This document shows positions 50,981 to 63,912 of a stretch of 64,000 nt of DNA, piece by piece. Each line of letters starts with the position of its first letter. Position 1 is the first letter of the stretch. A program made the translations under genes and the position numbers. Origin of the DNA: Malacoraja senta (lineage: Eukaryota); contig CM075992.1 in NCBI GenBank assembly GCA_038087875.1, positions 1,118,001 through 1,182,000 of the forward strand, given 5' to 3'. The notes below the pieces were generated by a model. The model was not told the origin of the DNA, did no database searches, and worked only from the letters and a program-made list of their open reading frames with translations.

Positions 50981-53587
50981 ATTGACATTGGGATGTTGGA
51001 CGATTAGTGGGGTGAGAAGGATGGGGGGTGGGGGTAAGAGTAGATGGTCATCGTGACCTGTCACACCACTCTGTTGTAGGAAAGAACTGCAGATGCTGGT
51101 TTCAAGCGAAGGTAAACAGAAAATGCTGGAGTAACTCAGCGGGACAGGCAGCAACTCTGGAGAGAAGGAATGGGCAACATTTCGGGTCGAGACCCTTCTT
51201 CAGACTGAAGAATGGTCTTGACCTGAAACGTCACCCATTCCTTCTCTCCAGAGATGCTGCCTGTCCCGCTGAGTTACTCCAGCATTTTGTTTCTACACCA
51301 AGTGTATCAGGTCTATAGATGAATGGTAGAATCTGGGGGAGCCTTGATGAGAATGTAGGGAGAATTTAAAAAATGGGATGGATGTTGGATTAGTTTAAAT
51401 GGGAGGTTAATGGTCAACGTGGACTCTGTGAGCTGAGGGGCCCATTGCCCTGTCATATTTTCTATACAACTCTCTATGAGTGGCGGTGTTATTGTGAGGG
51501 GAATGGGTTTTAGTGACAGGAGATGGTCAGAGTTGGGAAAATATGAGAAGCAGTTTGCAAGTAAGAGATTTCTTCGGAACATGGACCAGCCTTTTCGACT
51601 CAGCCATGGTCATGCATTGACCAGTGGACCAGTTCACATCTTTCCCCTGTCAAAGCCCTTCCCCAGAAGCAACTTCAGCTGTCTGTGTGATTCAATGGCT
51701 TTCTCGGGTAACCTCTCCCAACTTTCTTCAGCCCTCATCTTAAAACTTCTTGCACCAGATTTCCCTTGCGTCTCTCAATGTTTGTTCCTTGCTCCTTGAG
51801 ATTTGAACCATAACCCACTTGAGTCTTTTACCGAGGTCAAGCTTGTCTAACCAATTTAAAATAGATTGGGAAGAAAACAGAAATTTGAAGCGGAAAAAAA
51901 AAAGTAAGTGTGAAACTACTCAGGCAACTCTTCTGAAGGCGATCTTCTGATAGTTCGTGCCCCTCTTTAGGGTTCGGATAGCTATGTTATATGCAATGGA
52001 CTGCAATACAGCATCTGATTAACATGGTGCAGGGCAACGACACAGCCTTCTTTAATTTGTTCTACATCTTTTCCATTCATTAATTTTTAGATTTCATCTT
52101 TGCCAGCAAGTTCACCGTTCATTTCCTATCTCTAATTGCCTTGATATTTAGTTTAGTTTAGAGATACAGCGCGGAAACAGGCCCTCCGGGTCCGCGCTGA
52201 CCAGCGATCCCCACACATTAACACTATCCTACACACACACACACACACACTAGGGACAATTTTTTTTTTTTTACATTTACCAAGCCAATTAACCTATAAA
52301 CCTGTATGTCTTTGGAGTGTGGGCGGAAAACCGAAGACCTCGGAGAAAACCCACGCAGGTCACAGGGGAACGTGCAAACTCCGTACAGACATCACCCGTG
52401 TTTGCTAAGCCTCTTTTAGTTTAGTTTAGCGTTACAGTGTGGAAACAGGCCCTTTAGCCCACGAGTCGGCTCCAACCAGCGATCCACGCTGTCTCCTACA
52501 CACACTAGGGACAATTAACAATTTTACCAGCCAATTAGCCGACAAACCTGTACGTCTTTGGAGTGTGGATCGCGGAGAAAACCCCACGCAGGTTATGGGG
52601 AGAAGGTACAAACTCCGTACAGACAAGCATCCATAGTCAGGATGGAACCCGGGTCTCTGGCGCTGTGAGGCAGCAACTCTACCGCTGCACCACCGTGCCC
52701 TTCTTGGGGTTTATGAGGGGGTTGGGTGATGCAAAATCACACACGCTAAATCCAGGCAAGTGCAACAGATTTAATTTATAATAGGGCATAAGGAAATTAG
52801 TTCTATCTTCGTGACAGTCCAACAGCTTTCTCGTCATATAACCATATAACAATTACAGCACGGAAACAGGCCATCTCGGCCCTTCTAGTCCGTGCCCAAC
52901 ACTTACTCTCCCCTAGTCCCATCTACCTGCACTCAGACCATAACCCTCCATTCCTTTCCCATCCATATACCCATCCAATTTATTTTTAAATGATAAAATC
53001 GAACCTGCCTCCACCACTTCCACTGGAAGCTCATTCCACACAGCTACCACTCTCTGAGTAAAGAAGTTCCCCCTAATGTTCCCCCTAAACTTTTGTCCCT
53101 TAATTCTCAAATCATGTCCCCTTGTTTGAATCTTTCCTACTCTCAATGGGAAAAGCTTATCCATGTCTATCCCTTATGGCCCCTTTCATAATTCTATATT
53201 TGTTAAAGAATTTCAAATTTTCAATTGGTCTATTTAACATGTGTTTTGGGATTAAATGTCCCCCATTGCAACACCATATGCTTATGTCTTTAAATGAGTC
53301 CAGAATATAATTTAGCCTAATCCCGCAGCGGTCAGGACTGGACAAAGATATGTAGCCGTACTGCAAATGAACACACCCTGAGAATGTGAAGATGGGTCTC
53401 GACCCGAAACGTCACCCATTCCTTCTCTCCAGAGATGCTGTCTGTCCCGCTGAGTTACTCCAGCTTTTTGTATCTATCTTCTGAGAATTGGGTTCACTCT
53501 CAATGTCTTAAACACCCATGATCTTAAATACTCTCTCCTTTCAATGCCTACGTTTGCCCGAGGTTGCGTTATCTATCAACTATTACT

Positions 53588-53872
53588 ATAAGAATAAGGG
53601 GTCAGCCACTTAGAACGGAGACGAGGAACACTTTTTCACACAGAGAGTTGTGAGTCTGTGGAATTCTCTGCCTCAGAGGGTGGTGGAGGCAGGTTCTCTG
53701 GATGCTTTCAAGAGAGAGCTAGATAGGGCTCTTAAAAATAGCGGAGTCAGGGGATATGGGGAGAAGGCAGGAACGGGGTACTGATTGGGGATGATCAGCC
53801 ATGATCACATTGAATGGCGGTGCTGGCTCGAAGGGCCGAATGGCCTACTCCTGCACCTATTGTCTATTATCT
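53588..53872 (+). mobile_element. CR1/HER1-like LINE 3' end
   Basis: ORF2 end with (ctattgt) tail. Confidence 0.85.
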
Positions 53873-55171
53873 ATAACATACACTCTAGTTGTTTGCAACA
53901 GGTTTTAACACCACCACCAAAATCTTTGCCCACTATATGGGCATGAAGGATGAGCCAGCAGGAGCATGGGATTACACTACCTGCAAACTCTCTTCCAAAA
54001 TACTAACCATCCTGGCTTGGAAATGTATTATTGTTTATCGCTGGATCAAAACCCTGGAACTGTGTCCGACTGCTCTGTGGTGAATCTTCTGAAGGAGGGT
54101 CTCGACCCGAAACGTCACCCATTGCTTCTCTCCAGAGATGCTGCCTGTCCTGCTGCGAGACTCCAGCATTTTGTGTCTGTCTATGCTCTGTAGGGAGGGG
54201 GGGGGATCCTTCACCTCACGTGCAAGTCTAGGATGAAGAGAATCACTTCCACCAAGGGCAACTGGAGATGAGCAATGCACACCTTGCCAGTATTACAAAC
54301 AGGTTTAGGTTTATTATTTAACAACCCCGTGAATTAATTTATAGATTCAACTCGAATATCTGCAAATCTCTTTCCTGATCCACAGTCACTACAACTCAAA
54401 CTTCTTTATTCCTGTACAAATCTATATTTCCCTACATTATTTGTGATGTTTGTCTCAATTGAAGAAGGGTCTCGACCCGAGACGTCACCTATTCCTTCGC
54501 TCCAGAGATGCTGCCTCACCCGCTGAGTTTCCCCAGCTTTTTGCTCTAGTCTCAATTGAGAAAGTCATTTTGAATATTTCACCTGGCCTAGCTCTGATTT
54601 GGCCTCATTCTGACAATATCATAACAGCAACCACATTCCATGAGGTTTTACATTGCGGATGCTGTTTGGGGAAGTTGAAGTTGGTTAAAGGGACCCAGTT
54701 ATATCTGGAGGAACATGCTCATGAAAACCCAATTCTAGTCATTAAACTAATCCCCCAATACCTGCACTGGGATAGAGTGACAAGGTCTGTGGCGTTGTCA
54801 ATGTGACCTTCCACCGGGCTGAATTATTCTGCCTTGTACTAACTCTGTTCCTTGTCGCTCAGCCAAATTTCAATCAACAAGCGCTTCACCTCTCACTCTG
54901 TGCCTGCTTAGCCATTAATCACTGCTGCGAAACCTTTTGTTCCTGAAATGCAGATGGCACGCGTGGAGATGCAACGGCCAGTTTACAAAACCGGCCAGAT
55001 TGTATGAACAGCTCAAGAATGATTGAGTGTATTATATCGTTCAATGGGTGAGCCAGGTTGGTGAAGAGATCATTAGAGTGGGATGGTGCAAGTTGATCAT
55101 CTGCCTGGAACACAGCCCTCCTGCACCATGCTGACTGACGTTATAGAGTGGGCTGGAAGAAAGGTCTGGAC

Positions 55172-55533
55172 CATGGGTGGGGAACCTGCGGCCTTAAGGC
55201 TGCATGCAACCTTCTAGGCTATTAAGTGTGGCCTTCTGAATGAATCCAAATTTTGTAGAACAAATATTTTTATTTTTATTAATATGTTTTTGTTCGTCTT
55301 ATATTATTTTTATTTTAATCTTAAAATGAAGGTATTTAAAATACCAAAGAGTAAAAGAAGATTGAACGAAATAATCCTCCCTGACTGACGGCCACAATTA
55401 AAGTTATGAGGGCTATTTTAACAAAATAATGAACATTTTGAAGTATATCTGATTGAATTTTCTTGGATGCGGCCTTATTAGATTACAGCTAACTTAATGC
55501 GGCCTCTCAACATGAAAAGGTTCCCCATCCCTG
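55172..55533. mobile_element. hAT (Charlie-type) MITE
   Basis: TIRs catgggtggggaacct / aggttccccatccctg; near 8-bp TSD gtctggac / aactggac; gcggcc subterminal motifs. Confidence 0.75.
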
Positions 55534-56938
55534 AACTGGACAAAGATCTGGACCACCCCCAGATATCCCAAATGGTTTACAGTGAATGAGTTTCTTGTTT
55601 CCGTGTAACATGGGCAATGAACTTGTACGCAGCAAGAAGCCTTGAGATAAATAACCAGCTAAGTTATTTTCAAGGTGGACAAAAAAGCTGGAGAAACTCA
55701 GCGGGTGCAGCAGCATCTATGGAGTGAAGGAAATAGGCAACGTTTCGGGCCGAAACCCTTCTTCAGACTGTTCAGAAGTTATTTTCAAAGTGTCAGCTAG
55801 GGATAAATATTGCCTATAACTGCAGAAAGCCTTTCTGTAAAATAGTGTTATGCACCCTTCACACCACTTGAGAGGGCAGTTTTAAATCTTCAAGCAACAG
55901 GGAGCAACCCATTGCAGCACCTGGATTCTGTGCTCATGTAACTCAGCGGGACGGGCAGCGTCTCTGGAGAGAAGGAATGGGCGACGTTTCGGGTCGAGTC
56001 CCTTCTCCCAGACGAAGAAGAAGGGTCTCGACCCGAAACGTCACCCATTCCTTCTCTCCGGAGATGCTGCCCGTCCCGCTGAGTTACTCCAGCGTTTTGC
56101 GTCTGTCTTCGGTGTAAACCAGCATCTGCAGTTCCTTCCTACATATTTATTGCTCGAGTCTGTCAAGTGGGGAGAGAACCTCTGTTGACCTCCTTCCTTC
56201 AGAGCTGCAGCACGGCAGGGTGGTAGAGTTGCTGCCTTACAGCGCTTGCAGCGCCGGAGACCCGGGTTCGATCCCGACTACGGGTGCTGGTGATACAGTG
56301 CGTTCTCCCCCATGACCGCGTGGGTCTTCCCCGGGTGCTCCAATTTCCTCCCACACTCCAAAGACATAGGTTAATTGGCTTTGGCAAAAATTGTAAATTG
56401 TCCCTAGTGTGTAGGATAGTGCTTGTGTACAGGGGGGGGATCGCTGGTCGGCACGGACCCGGTGGGCCGAAGGGCCTGTTTCCACGCTTTATCTCTAAAA
56501 CTAAAGCTGGTCCAGAGGCAGCAGAACCAAATGTCTGCTTCTGCCTGCTAATGTTATGTCCAAATTATTAATCGATGAGTTTTATTCCTGTGCCTGCATG
56601 CTACTTCCTTCCACAATGTCAGAAAGACGATATCATGCTCATTTATATTGGCAATGATTTTTTCCACCCAAAACTGCTCCATTTTTGGAACATCTTTCAT
56701 ATTCTGAATCAAAACAAGGCAGTTCGATTATCCGAAAGCTAAGCACAATTTTTCCCCGTGTCTCATTCGCCAGTCATTTACTTTTCAACACAAAATGTAA
56801 AACCATTATTGCCTCATCTTGTACAATTCCTTAACTGCTCCTCTCAAACAGAACATACTCGAAGCTGAGGAATATTAACAAACAGCAGTAGGAGCAAAAT
56901 GTACTGGACTGCGAAGAATTTCCATCAAAACAATTTCC

Positions 56939-57138
56939 NNNNNNNNNNNNNNNNNNNNNNNNNNNNNNNNNNNNNNNNNNNNNNNNNNNNNNNNNNNNNN
57001 NNNNNNNNNNNNNNNNNNNNNNNNNNNNNNNNNNNNNNNNNNNNNNNNNNNNNNNNNNNNNNNNNNNNNNNNNNNNNNNNNNNNNNNNNNNNNNNNNNNN
57101 NNNNNNNNNNNNNNNNNNNNNNNNNNNNNNNNNNNNNN
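56939..57138. other. Assembly gap (200 N)
   Basis: Run of exactly 200 N; the true size is unknown. Confidence 1.
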
Positions 57139-57557
57139 CCTCGTGGTCGCGTTCAGCCGCGATGGTCCCGCGAAGGTCGCGCGCGTACGCACAGCCGTCT
57201 GGAGCGCGTGACGTCATTTGAAGACGGACACAAAGCTGGAGTAACTCAGCGGGACAGGCAGCATCTGTGGAGAGAAGGAATAGGTGACGTTTCGTGTCGA
57301 GTCTCTTCTTCAGTCTAAAAAGAAGGGCCTCGACCCAGAAACATCTCCCGTTCCTTCTCTCCAGAGACGCTGCCGGTCCCGCTGAGTTACTCCAGCATGT
57401 TGTGTGTCCATCTTTAATCGTCTTGGCCCCGCTCTGGGAGTAGGAGTGGGGGGCGGATCCGGATCCCCAACGGCCGTGAGCCCCAGGCCAAGCTCGGCGA
57501 TCGTTTGTCTGCTTCTGCTGCTGTTGGAGGTGAGACGTTGCGTCGCCCCAGGGTCTT

Positions 57558-57766
57558 GGGCCTGTCCCACTTTGGCCGTCAGTTACGCGACAAGCCGTTG
57601 GCTCGCGAAGATTTCGTTCACTACAAAAATTTCGCGCACAACTCCATACACCTCCGCGCTTCTAAGTGGGACCTGCCCCGCGCGGCCGTACGATGCCCGT
57701 GCGCCTCAACGCCACCACGAGGTCGCGTAATTTGCCTGCCAAGGACACGTAAGTGGGACGGGCCCT
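57558..57766. mobile_element. Harbinger-like MITE
   Basis: gggcctgtcccactt ... aagtgggacgggccc. Confidence 0.65.
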
Positions 57767-58294
57767 CTAATGTGTGGGGGTCGATGGTCAGCGCGGACTG
57801 GGTGGGCCGTAGGGCCCGTTTCCGCGCTGTATCTCTGAACTGTGTCCTGTCACAGTGTTCTGGCAGATCATTAGGACCCAGAGCATGCTTTCTTTCGTAA
57901 ACCCATCACTTCATATTAATTTATAACCTATGTCTTTAATTATCAATAGATGCATTTCCAAATTCATGTGCAGTTCTGGAAATCAATTTGAAAAGCTTTG
58001 AATGAATTTGTCCAACGTAAGCAGACATTGAGAGATTGATTTGTTAATTAGTTTGTGCATTAATTGCACTTGCAGTTCCTTAATGGGACAATGCCAGTGA
58101 TTCATGGCTCTCAGCTTTGCCCTCAGTTGAATAGCTTGTTGGTTGTTTGGAAGGCCATGGGTCTCTTGCCCACACAGATGCTCCTTCTGCAAGGCTATGA
58201 CTGCTCGAGGCCTAACTGTTAGGGTAGGGAATTACTGGCTCACTTGTCACCTGTACCGAGGTACAGCGAAAATCATTGTTGCATACACTTCTGT

Positions 58295-58760
58295 ACGGTT
58301 GCCAAACACTTTAATTCTCCTTCCCATTCCCGCACCGACCTTTCTGTCCTGGGCCTTCTCCGTTGTCAGAGTGGGGCTAATCGCAAATTGGAGGAAGAGC
58401 ATCTCATATTTCGCTTGGCCAGCTTACAACCCAGTGGTATGAATATTGATTTCTCTAACTTCCAGTAACCCCGGCATTCCCTCTCTCTCCGTCCTCCCCC
58501 CACCCAATTCGCACCAGGTTCCCGTTCACACCCAGCAAACGGCTAACAATGGCCTGCTTCCTTCGTCATCGTCACTTTTTCGCAAATCTTCCATTCATTA
58601 GTTCTATATCTCTCCATATCACCGTCTATATCTCTCGTCTCCCTTTCCCCTGACGCTCAGTCTGAAGAAGGGTCTCGACCCAAAACGTCACCCGTTCCTT
58701 CTCTCCAGAGACGCTGCCCGTCCCGCTGAGTTACTCCAGCATTTAGTGTCTATCTTCAGC
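58295..58760 (+). mobile_element. Penelope-like (Neptune-type) element 3' end: GIY-YIG C-terminus plus terminal repeat, subfamily B
   Basis: VAKHFNSPSHSRTDLSVLGLLRCQSGANRKLEEEHLIFRLASLQPSGMNIDFSNFQ*, followed by the ctgaagaagggtctcgaccc repeat. Confidence 0.85.
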
Positions 58761-59299
58761 ACTTAGATACATCTTAGATAAGCATCTCAGATACAGTTCA
58801 AGTGCATCGTAGCAGCGCATTGAGACATCGTACAGAGTCTGTGTAGGAAGGAACTGCAGATGCTGGTTTACACTGAAGGTAGACACAAAATACTGGAGTA
58901 ACTCAGCGGGACAGGCAGCATCTCTGGAGAAGGAATGGGTGTTCAAGAAGGAACTGCAGATGCTGGAGAATCGAAGGTAGACAAAAGTGCTGGAGAAACT
59001 CAGCGGGTGCAGCAGCATCTATGGAGCGAAGGAAATAGGTAACGTTTCGGGCCGAAACCCTTCTTCAGACTGATCTATTCAAAACATCACCTATTCAGAA
59101 GGAATGGGTGACGTTTTGGGTCAAGACCCTTCTTCAGAAGGACCCATTCCTTCCATCCAGTACACAGAGTCACCAGTTTGGCACAAGTCCCAGTTGTTGT
59201 AAGTGCACGGACCGTGACCTGCCCATGAAGGTCTGTTGTCCTGGCGGTGTTGCAGGGTCAGCCTGGTCAAGCGTGGCCGTCGGTGTCAAGTCAAGTAAA

Positions 59300-59895
59300 G
59301 TGTCAAGTGAGTTTATTGTCATGTGTCCCTGGTAGGACAATGAAATTCTTGCTTTGCTTCAGCACAACAGAACATAGTAGGCATTGACTACAAGGCATTC
59401 TATAAATATATACACACATGGTCAATATACTGATAAAGTGCAAATAACAGTATTGACTAATAAAGTTCAGTGTTATGTCCAAGCCAGGTTTAATAGCCTG
59501 ATGGCTGTGGGGAAGTAGCTATTCCTGAACCTGGTCGTTGCAGTCTTCAGGCTCCTGTACCTTCTACCTGAAGGTAGTAGGGAGATGAGTGTGTGGCCAG
59601 GATGGTGTGGGTCCTTGATGATGCTGCCAGCCTTTTTGAGGCAGCGACTGTGATAGATCCCCTCGATGGAAGGGAGGTCAGAGCCGATGATGGACTGGGC
59701 AGTGTTTACTACTTTTTGTAGTCTTTTCCTCTCCAGGGCGCTCAAGTTGCCGAACCAAGCCACGATGCAACCGGTCAGCATGCTCTCTACTGTGCACCTG
59801 TAGAAGTTAGAGAGAGTCCTCCTTGACAAACCGACTCTCCGTAATCTTCTCAGGAAGTAGAGGCGCTGATGTGCTTTCTTAATAATGGCAGCATT
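59300..59895 (-). mobile_element. Rex1/Babar-type LINE 3' end
   Basis: KKAHQRLYFLRRLRRVGLS...HPGHTLISLLPSGRRYRSLKTATTRFRNSYFPTAIRLLN. Confidence 0.85.
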
Positions 59896-60765
59896 GTTCT
59901 CCACCGCTGCAGGCCGCATGTGGTCCACCTGCTCGGCCTCTTGCAGCGGCGTCCGGCCAAGCCGAGTTGGACACGGTGGGAATCAAATAGGATGGGAAAT
60001 GGGTGTGGAGCCCAAGAGGAGGAAGGGATAGCATAGAGTTAGTGCATGGGTGATCGATGGGCTGAATGGCCTGTTTCCATGCTCTATCTCTAATCTGGGC
60101 ATTTAAGAAGCTTTTAGATAGGCACATGGAGATGCAGGGGATTAATTTTTGATTGTACCGCTGCTGGCAAATTCATTTCACTGCAAATACGTGTATGTGT
60201 AGAATAAAACTGACTGATTGATTGAAAGGAAATGGAGCAGGTACAGGCAGAGAAGATTGCTTTAACTATTAATTTTTCTCACAATTAGTTCAGCTCATTC
60301 AAAAGACATTTGGGCAGGTACATGGCTAGGAAAGGTTCAGAGGAAATATGAGCCAGGTGTGACTAGTGTAGATGGGACATCTTGGTCGGCATGGGCAAGT
60401 TGGGCCAAAGGGCCTGTTTCCATGCTGTGACTCTTGTTCGGTATAGACATTATGGGCCGAAGGGCCTGTTTTGATGCTGTACTGTATGTTCACTGAACTC
60501 TCTGAGTGGCAAGTGTATTGCTCCTTCCCTAAGGATACCAGACCTCGACACAATTCTCCAGATGTGATCTCACCCCAAACCCAATATACTTAAATTGTGT
60601 TAAGACACCATTACCTTGTAATCAAAGCCCTTTACAATAAAGACCAGCAGGCCATTTTCTTCCTAATGGCTATCTGTGCCGATATATTAACTGTGAGTGA
60701 TTAGGACACCCAGGTCCCGCTCAATACCAACACGTTTTAATCTCCCAGCAGTTAAAAACAAATAC

Positions 60766-61156
60766 CCTACAGCGAGCAAGATAGACCACTCGACGAAACA
60801 GACGTAGTACGGTCATGGGCAGATTCACGGGGTAATTTTCGGCCCCATTTCCGTAACCGGCTGCCGTCTCCGCACCAAAGATCCCAAAGCGGAGCGAAGA
60901 TAACTAGTGCGGAGACGGAAGACGGTTACGGAAACATCCTCGTAAAAATAAAAGTTATTTGGGAAAAATCTTCTCCTCATTTTCAGAATTATAATTTATT
61001 AACACAAACTGTTCCCCCGCAACGTTGATTACACTGCGGGTCGGGTCGGGTCGGGTCCGGTTACTGAAATGGATGACAAGAAGGCCCACGTTCTGTTCCG
61101 TTGCGTACTACACGTCAGCCCATTGCATTTAGCACGAGTGGTCTATCTATAGGATC
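60766..61156. mobile_element. Unclassified MITE-like element
   Basis: 14-bp inverted repeats agatagaccactcg / cgagtggtctatct; CpG-rich interior with its own inverted repeat (ccgtaaccg..ccgtctccgcac / gtgcggagacgg..cggttacgg). Confidence 0.55.
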
Positions 61157-61214
61157 TTTGGTTAAAAAATTCTCCACCTGCAATAGAAACGCAAAGCTGG
61201 AGTAACTCAGTGGA

Positions 61215-61634
61215 TACATAGATACATAGATACATAGAAAATAGGTGCAGGAGTAGGCCATTCGGCCTTCGAGCCTGCACCGCCATTCAATATGATCATG
61301 GCTGATCATCCAACTCAGTATCCTGTACCTGCCTTCTCTCCATACCCCCTGATCCCTTTAGCCACATGGGCCACATCTAACTCCCTCTTAAATATAGCCA
61401 ATGAACTGGCCTCAACTACCCTCTGTGGCAGAGAGTTCCAGAGATTCACCACTCTCTGTGTGAAAAATGTTTTTCCTCATCTCGGTCCTAAAGGATTTCC
61501 CCCTTATCCTTAAGCTGTGACCCCTTGTCCTGGACTTCCCCAACATCGGGAACAATCTTCCTGCATCTAGCCTGTCCAACCCCATAAGAATTTTGTACGT
61601 TTCTATAAGATCCCCCCTCAATCTTCTAAATTCT
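61215..61634 (-). mobile_element. CR1/HER1-like LINE 3' end
   Basis: Same subfamily as the 4166 and 19600 copies. Confidence 0.88.
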
Positions 61635-62239
61635 GGCGATCAGACAGCATCTTCGGAGTAAAGGGATAGCTGACTTTTCAGGTCAAGACCGTACTTCTGA
61701 CAGGGGACTCTCAGCCTGAAGAAGGGTCTTGACTGGAAATGTCACCTATTCCTTTTCTCCAAAGAACATTGGGATGGTCCCAGCCTCAACTACCTCCTCT
61801 GGCATCTCGTTCTATACACCCACCATCCTTGATGTGAAAAGGTGACCCTCGTTCTATACACCTTTGTGTGAAAAAAACCTCAAATTCCTGTTACATATTT
61901 TCCCCTTCACCTTAAACCTGTGTCCTCGATTCACCTTTGGTGGTAATTCACTGGAGTCATATTTTGCTTGGGTAGTTTACACCCAGTGGTCTCCCCTGAC
62001 ATCAGTCTGAAGAAGGGTCTTGACCCGAAATGACCCTATGTCCTTCTCTCTGTAGATGCTGCCTCACCCGCTGAGTTACTCCAACATTTCTGTGTCTATC
62101 CTCGATTCACCTACTCTGGGCATGGGACCCTACTGTGCGCCTACCCGATGTATTCCTCCCGTGATATTGTACACCTACTCTGAGCTCTCTCTATCCTCCC
62201 ATCGCATGACCTTGGCATAAAGCATATTGGACATGCTTT

Positions 62240-62743
62240 GGTACACAAAAATGCTGGAGAAACTCAGCGGGTGCAGCAGCATCTATGGAGCGAAGGAAAT
62301 AGGGGGGGGCAACGTTTCGGGCCGAAACCCCTTCTTCAGACTGATGGGGGGTGGGGAGAAGAAAGGAAAAGAAAAAAGGCGGAGGAGGAGACAGCCCGAG
62401 GGCTGAGGGATGGGAGCAGACAGCCCGAGGGCTGAGGAAGTGGAGGGGACAGCAAGGGCTAGCAAAATTGGGAGAATTCAATGTTCATGCCCCCAGGATG
62501 TAGACTCCCCAAGCGGAATATGAGGTGCATTTCCTCCAATTTCCGGTGTTGCTCGCTGTGGCCATGGAGGAGACCCAGGACAGAGAGGTCGGATACGGAA
62601 TGGGAGGGGGAGTTGAAGTGCTGAGCCACCGGGAGGTCAGGTTGGTTATTGCGGAGGTGTTGGGCGAAACGATCTCCGAGCCTCCGCTTGGTCTCACCAA
62701 TGCAGAGCAGCTGACATCCAGAGCAGCGGATGCAATAGATGAG
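62240..62743 (-). mobile_element. Penelope-like (Neptune-type) element 3' end: GIY-YIG endonuclease remnant (62459-62743) plus terminal repeat, subfamily A
   Basis: Stop-free LIYCIRCSGCQLLCIGETKRRLGDRFAQHLRNNQPDLPVAQHFNSPSHSVSDLSVLGLLHGHSEQHRKLEEMHLIFRLGSLHPGGMNIEFSQFC*, then ctgaagaaggggtttcggcccgaaacgtt. Confidence 0.88.
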
Positions 62744-63289
62744 CTCTCTGTACCTGTATGCTTAATGTCACGGAATTCGTGGATATTTAATGATCCACGC
62801 TTAAATCCTGCCTTCTGGGAATTACTGTCATGCCAGCCAGCTGACGGCTGGAGTCTGCCAGAGTTTACCAAAGCTTCACATTTCACTCCGAGCCAGTTGT
62901 CAGGGTCTGCATATCATTGCATTATAAAGCTCCACAACTGCTGCATTTCTGGCTTGCCTGAGGCATTAGTAATGAAATAATCTTATTGTTCGCCTCCAAG
63001 GTGGTTCTTCAGTGAAATGCGCATTTGAACAGCCAAGCTATGATACAATGACAGTCTCACTCAACTAAACCCAGGCTTTCAGAAAGTAGGTCGGGAAATC
63101 GCAGACGAATAATTAGAAGAAAAGCAGGTTTGCGCTTCATATGCCAAGGTAGTTTGGAGGTACAGTATATGCATTTTCCACAGGCTCTCACACTCGCCCT
63201 CTCCTCTCTATATCTATAATGATATATGGATCTGTTTTGTACTCAATGCCTTCTATCTTCTGATGTGCTGAAGCAAAGCAAGAAATTCA

Positions 63290-63912
63290 GATTCAGATTC
63301 CGATTCCACTTTCTTGTCATCGTGCAGTGTACAGTACAGACACAAGGAAATGCAGTTAGCATCTCCCTAGAAGAGCGACATAAATATGAGCAGTAAATAA
63401 ATAAATCTAATAAATCCTGGTGGGGGAGTGTGGGGGGTGAGGGGGTGATTGGCAGTCACCGAGGTACAGTGTTGAGTAGTGTAACAGCCGCAGGGAAGTT
63501 CCTCTGTTCCTGGACCTGCTGGTCCGGCAACAGAGAGACCTGTAGCGACTCCCGGATGGTAGGAGGTTGGGGTGAGAGCAGTCCTTGGCGATGCTGAGCG
63601 CCCTTCGCGGACAACGCTTGCTTTGGACAGACTCAATGGAGGGGAGTGAGGAACCGGTGATGCGTTGGGCAGTTTTCACCACCCTCTAGCGGTGCTTTCC
63701 GGACGGAGACAGAGCAGTTGCCGTACCATACTGTGATACAGTTGGTAAGGATGGTCTCGATGGTGCAGCGGTAGAAGTTCACCAGAATCTGAGGAGACAG
63801 ATGGACCTTCTTTAGTCTCCTCAGGAAGAAGAGACGCTGGTGAGCCTTCTTGACCAGAGTTGAGGTATTGTTGGTCCAAGAGAGGTCATCGGAGATGTTG
63901 ACTCCCCAGGGA
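63290..63912 (-). mobile_element. Rex1/Babar-type LINE 3' end
   Basis: GVNISDDLSWTNNTSTLVKKAHQRLFFLRRLKK...LLPSGSRYRSL; (tctgaa)n tail. Confidence 0.85.

Noticed and set aside
50421..51056. Gly-rich ORFs
   Set aside because: Translations of the G-rich minisatellite.
54934..54942. Possible 9-nt microexon (tgcatttcag|GAACAAAAG|gtttcg) resembling part of KVEQK
   Set aside because: In the required phase 1 it would encode RTK, not EQK; the donor is weak; a chance match is likely.
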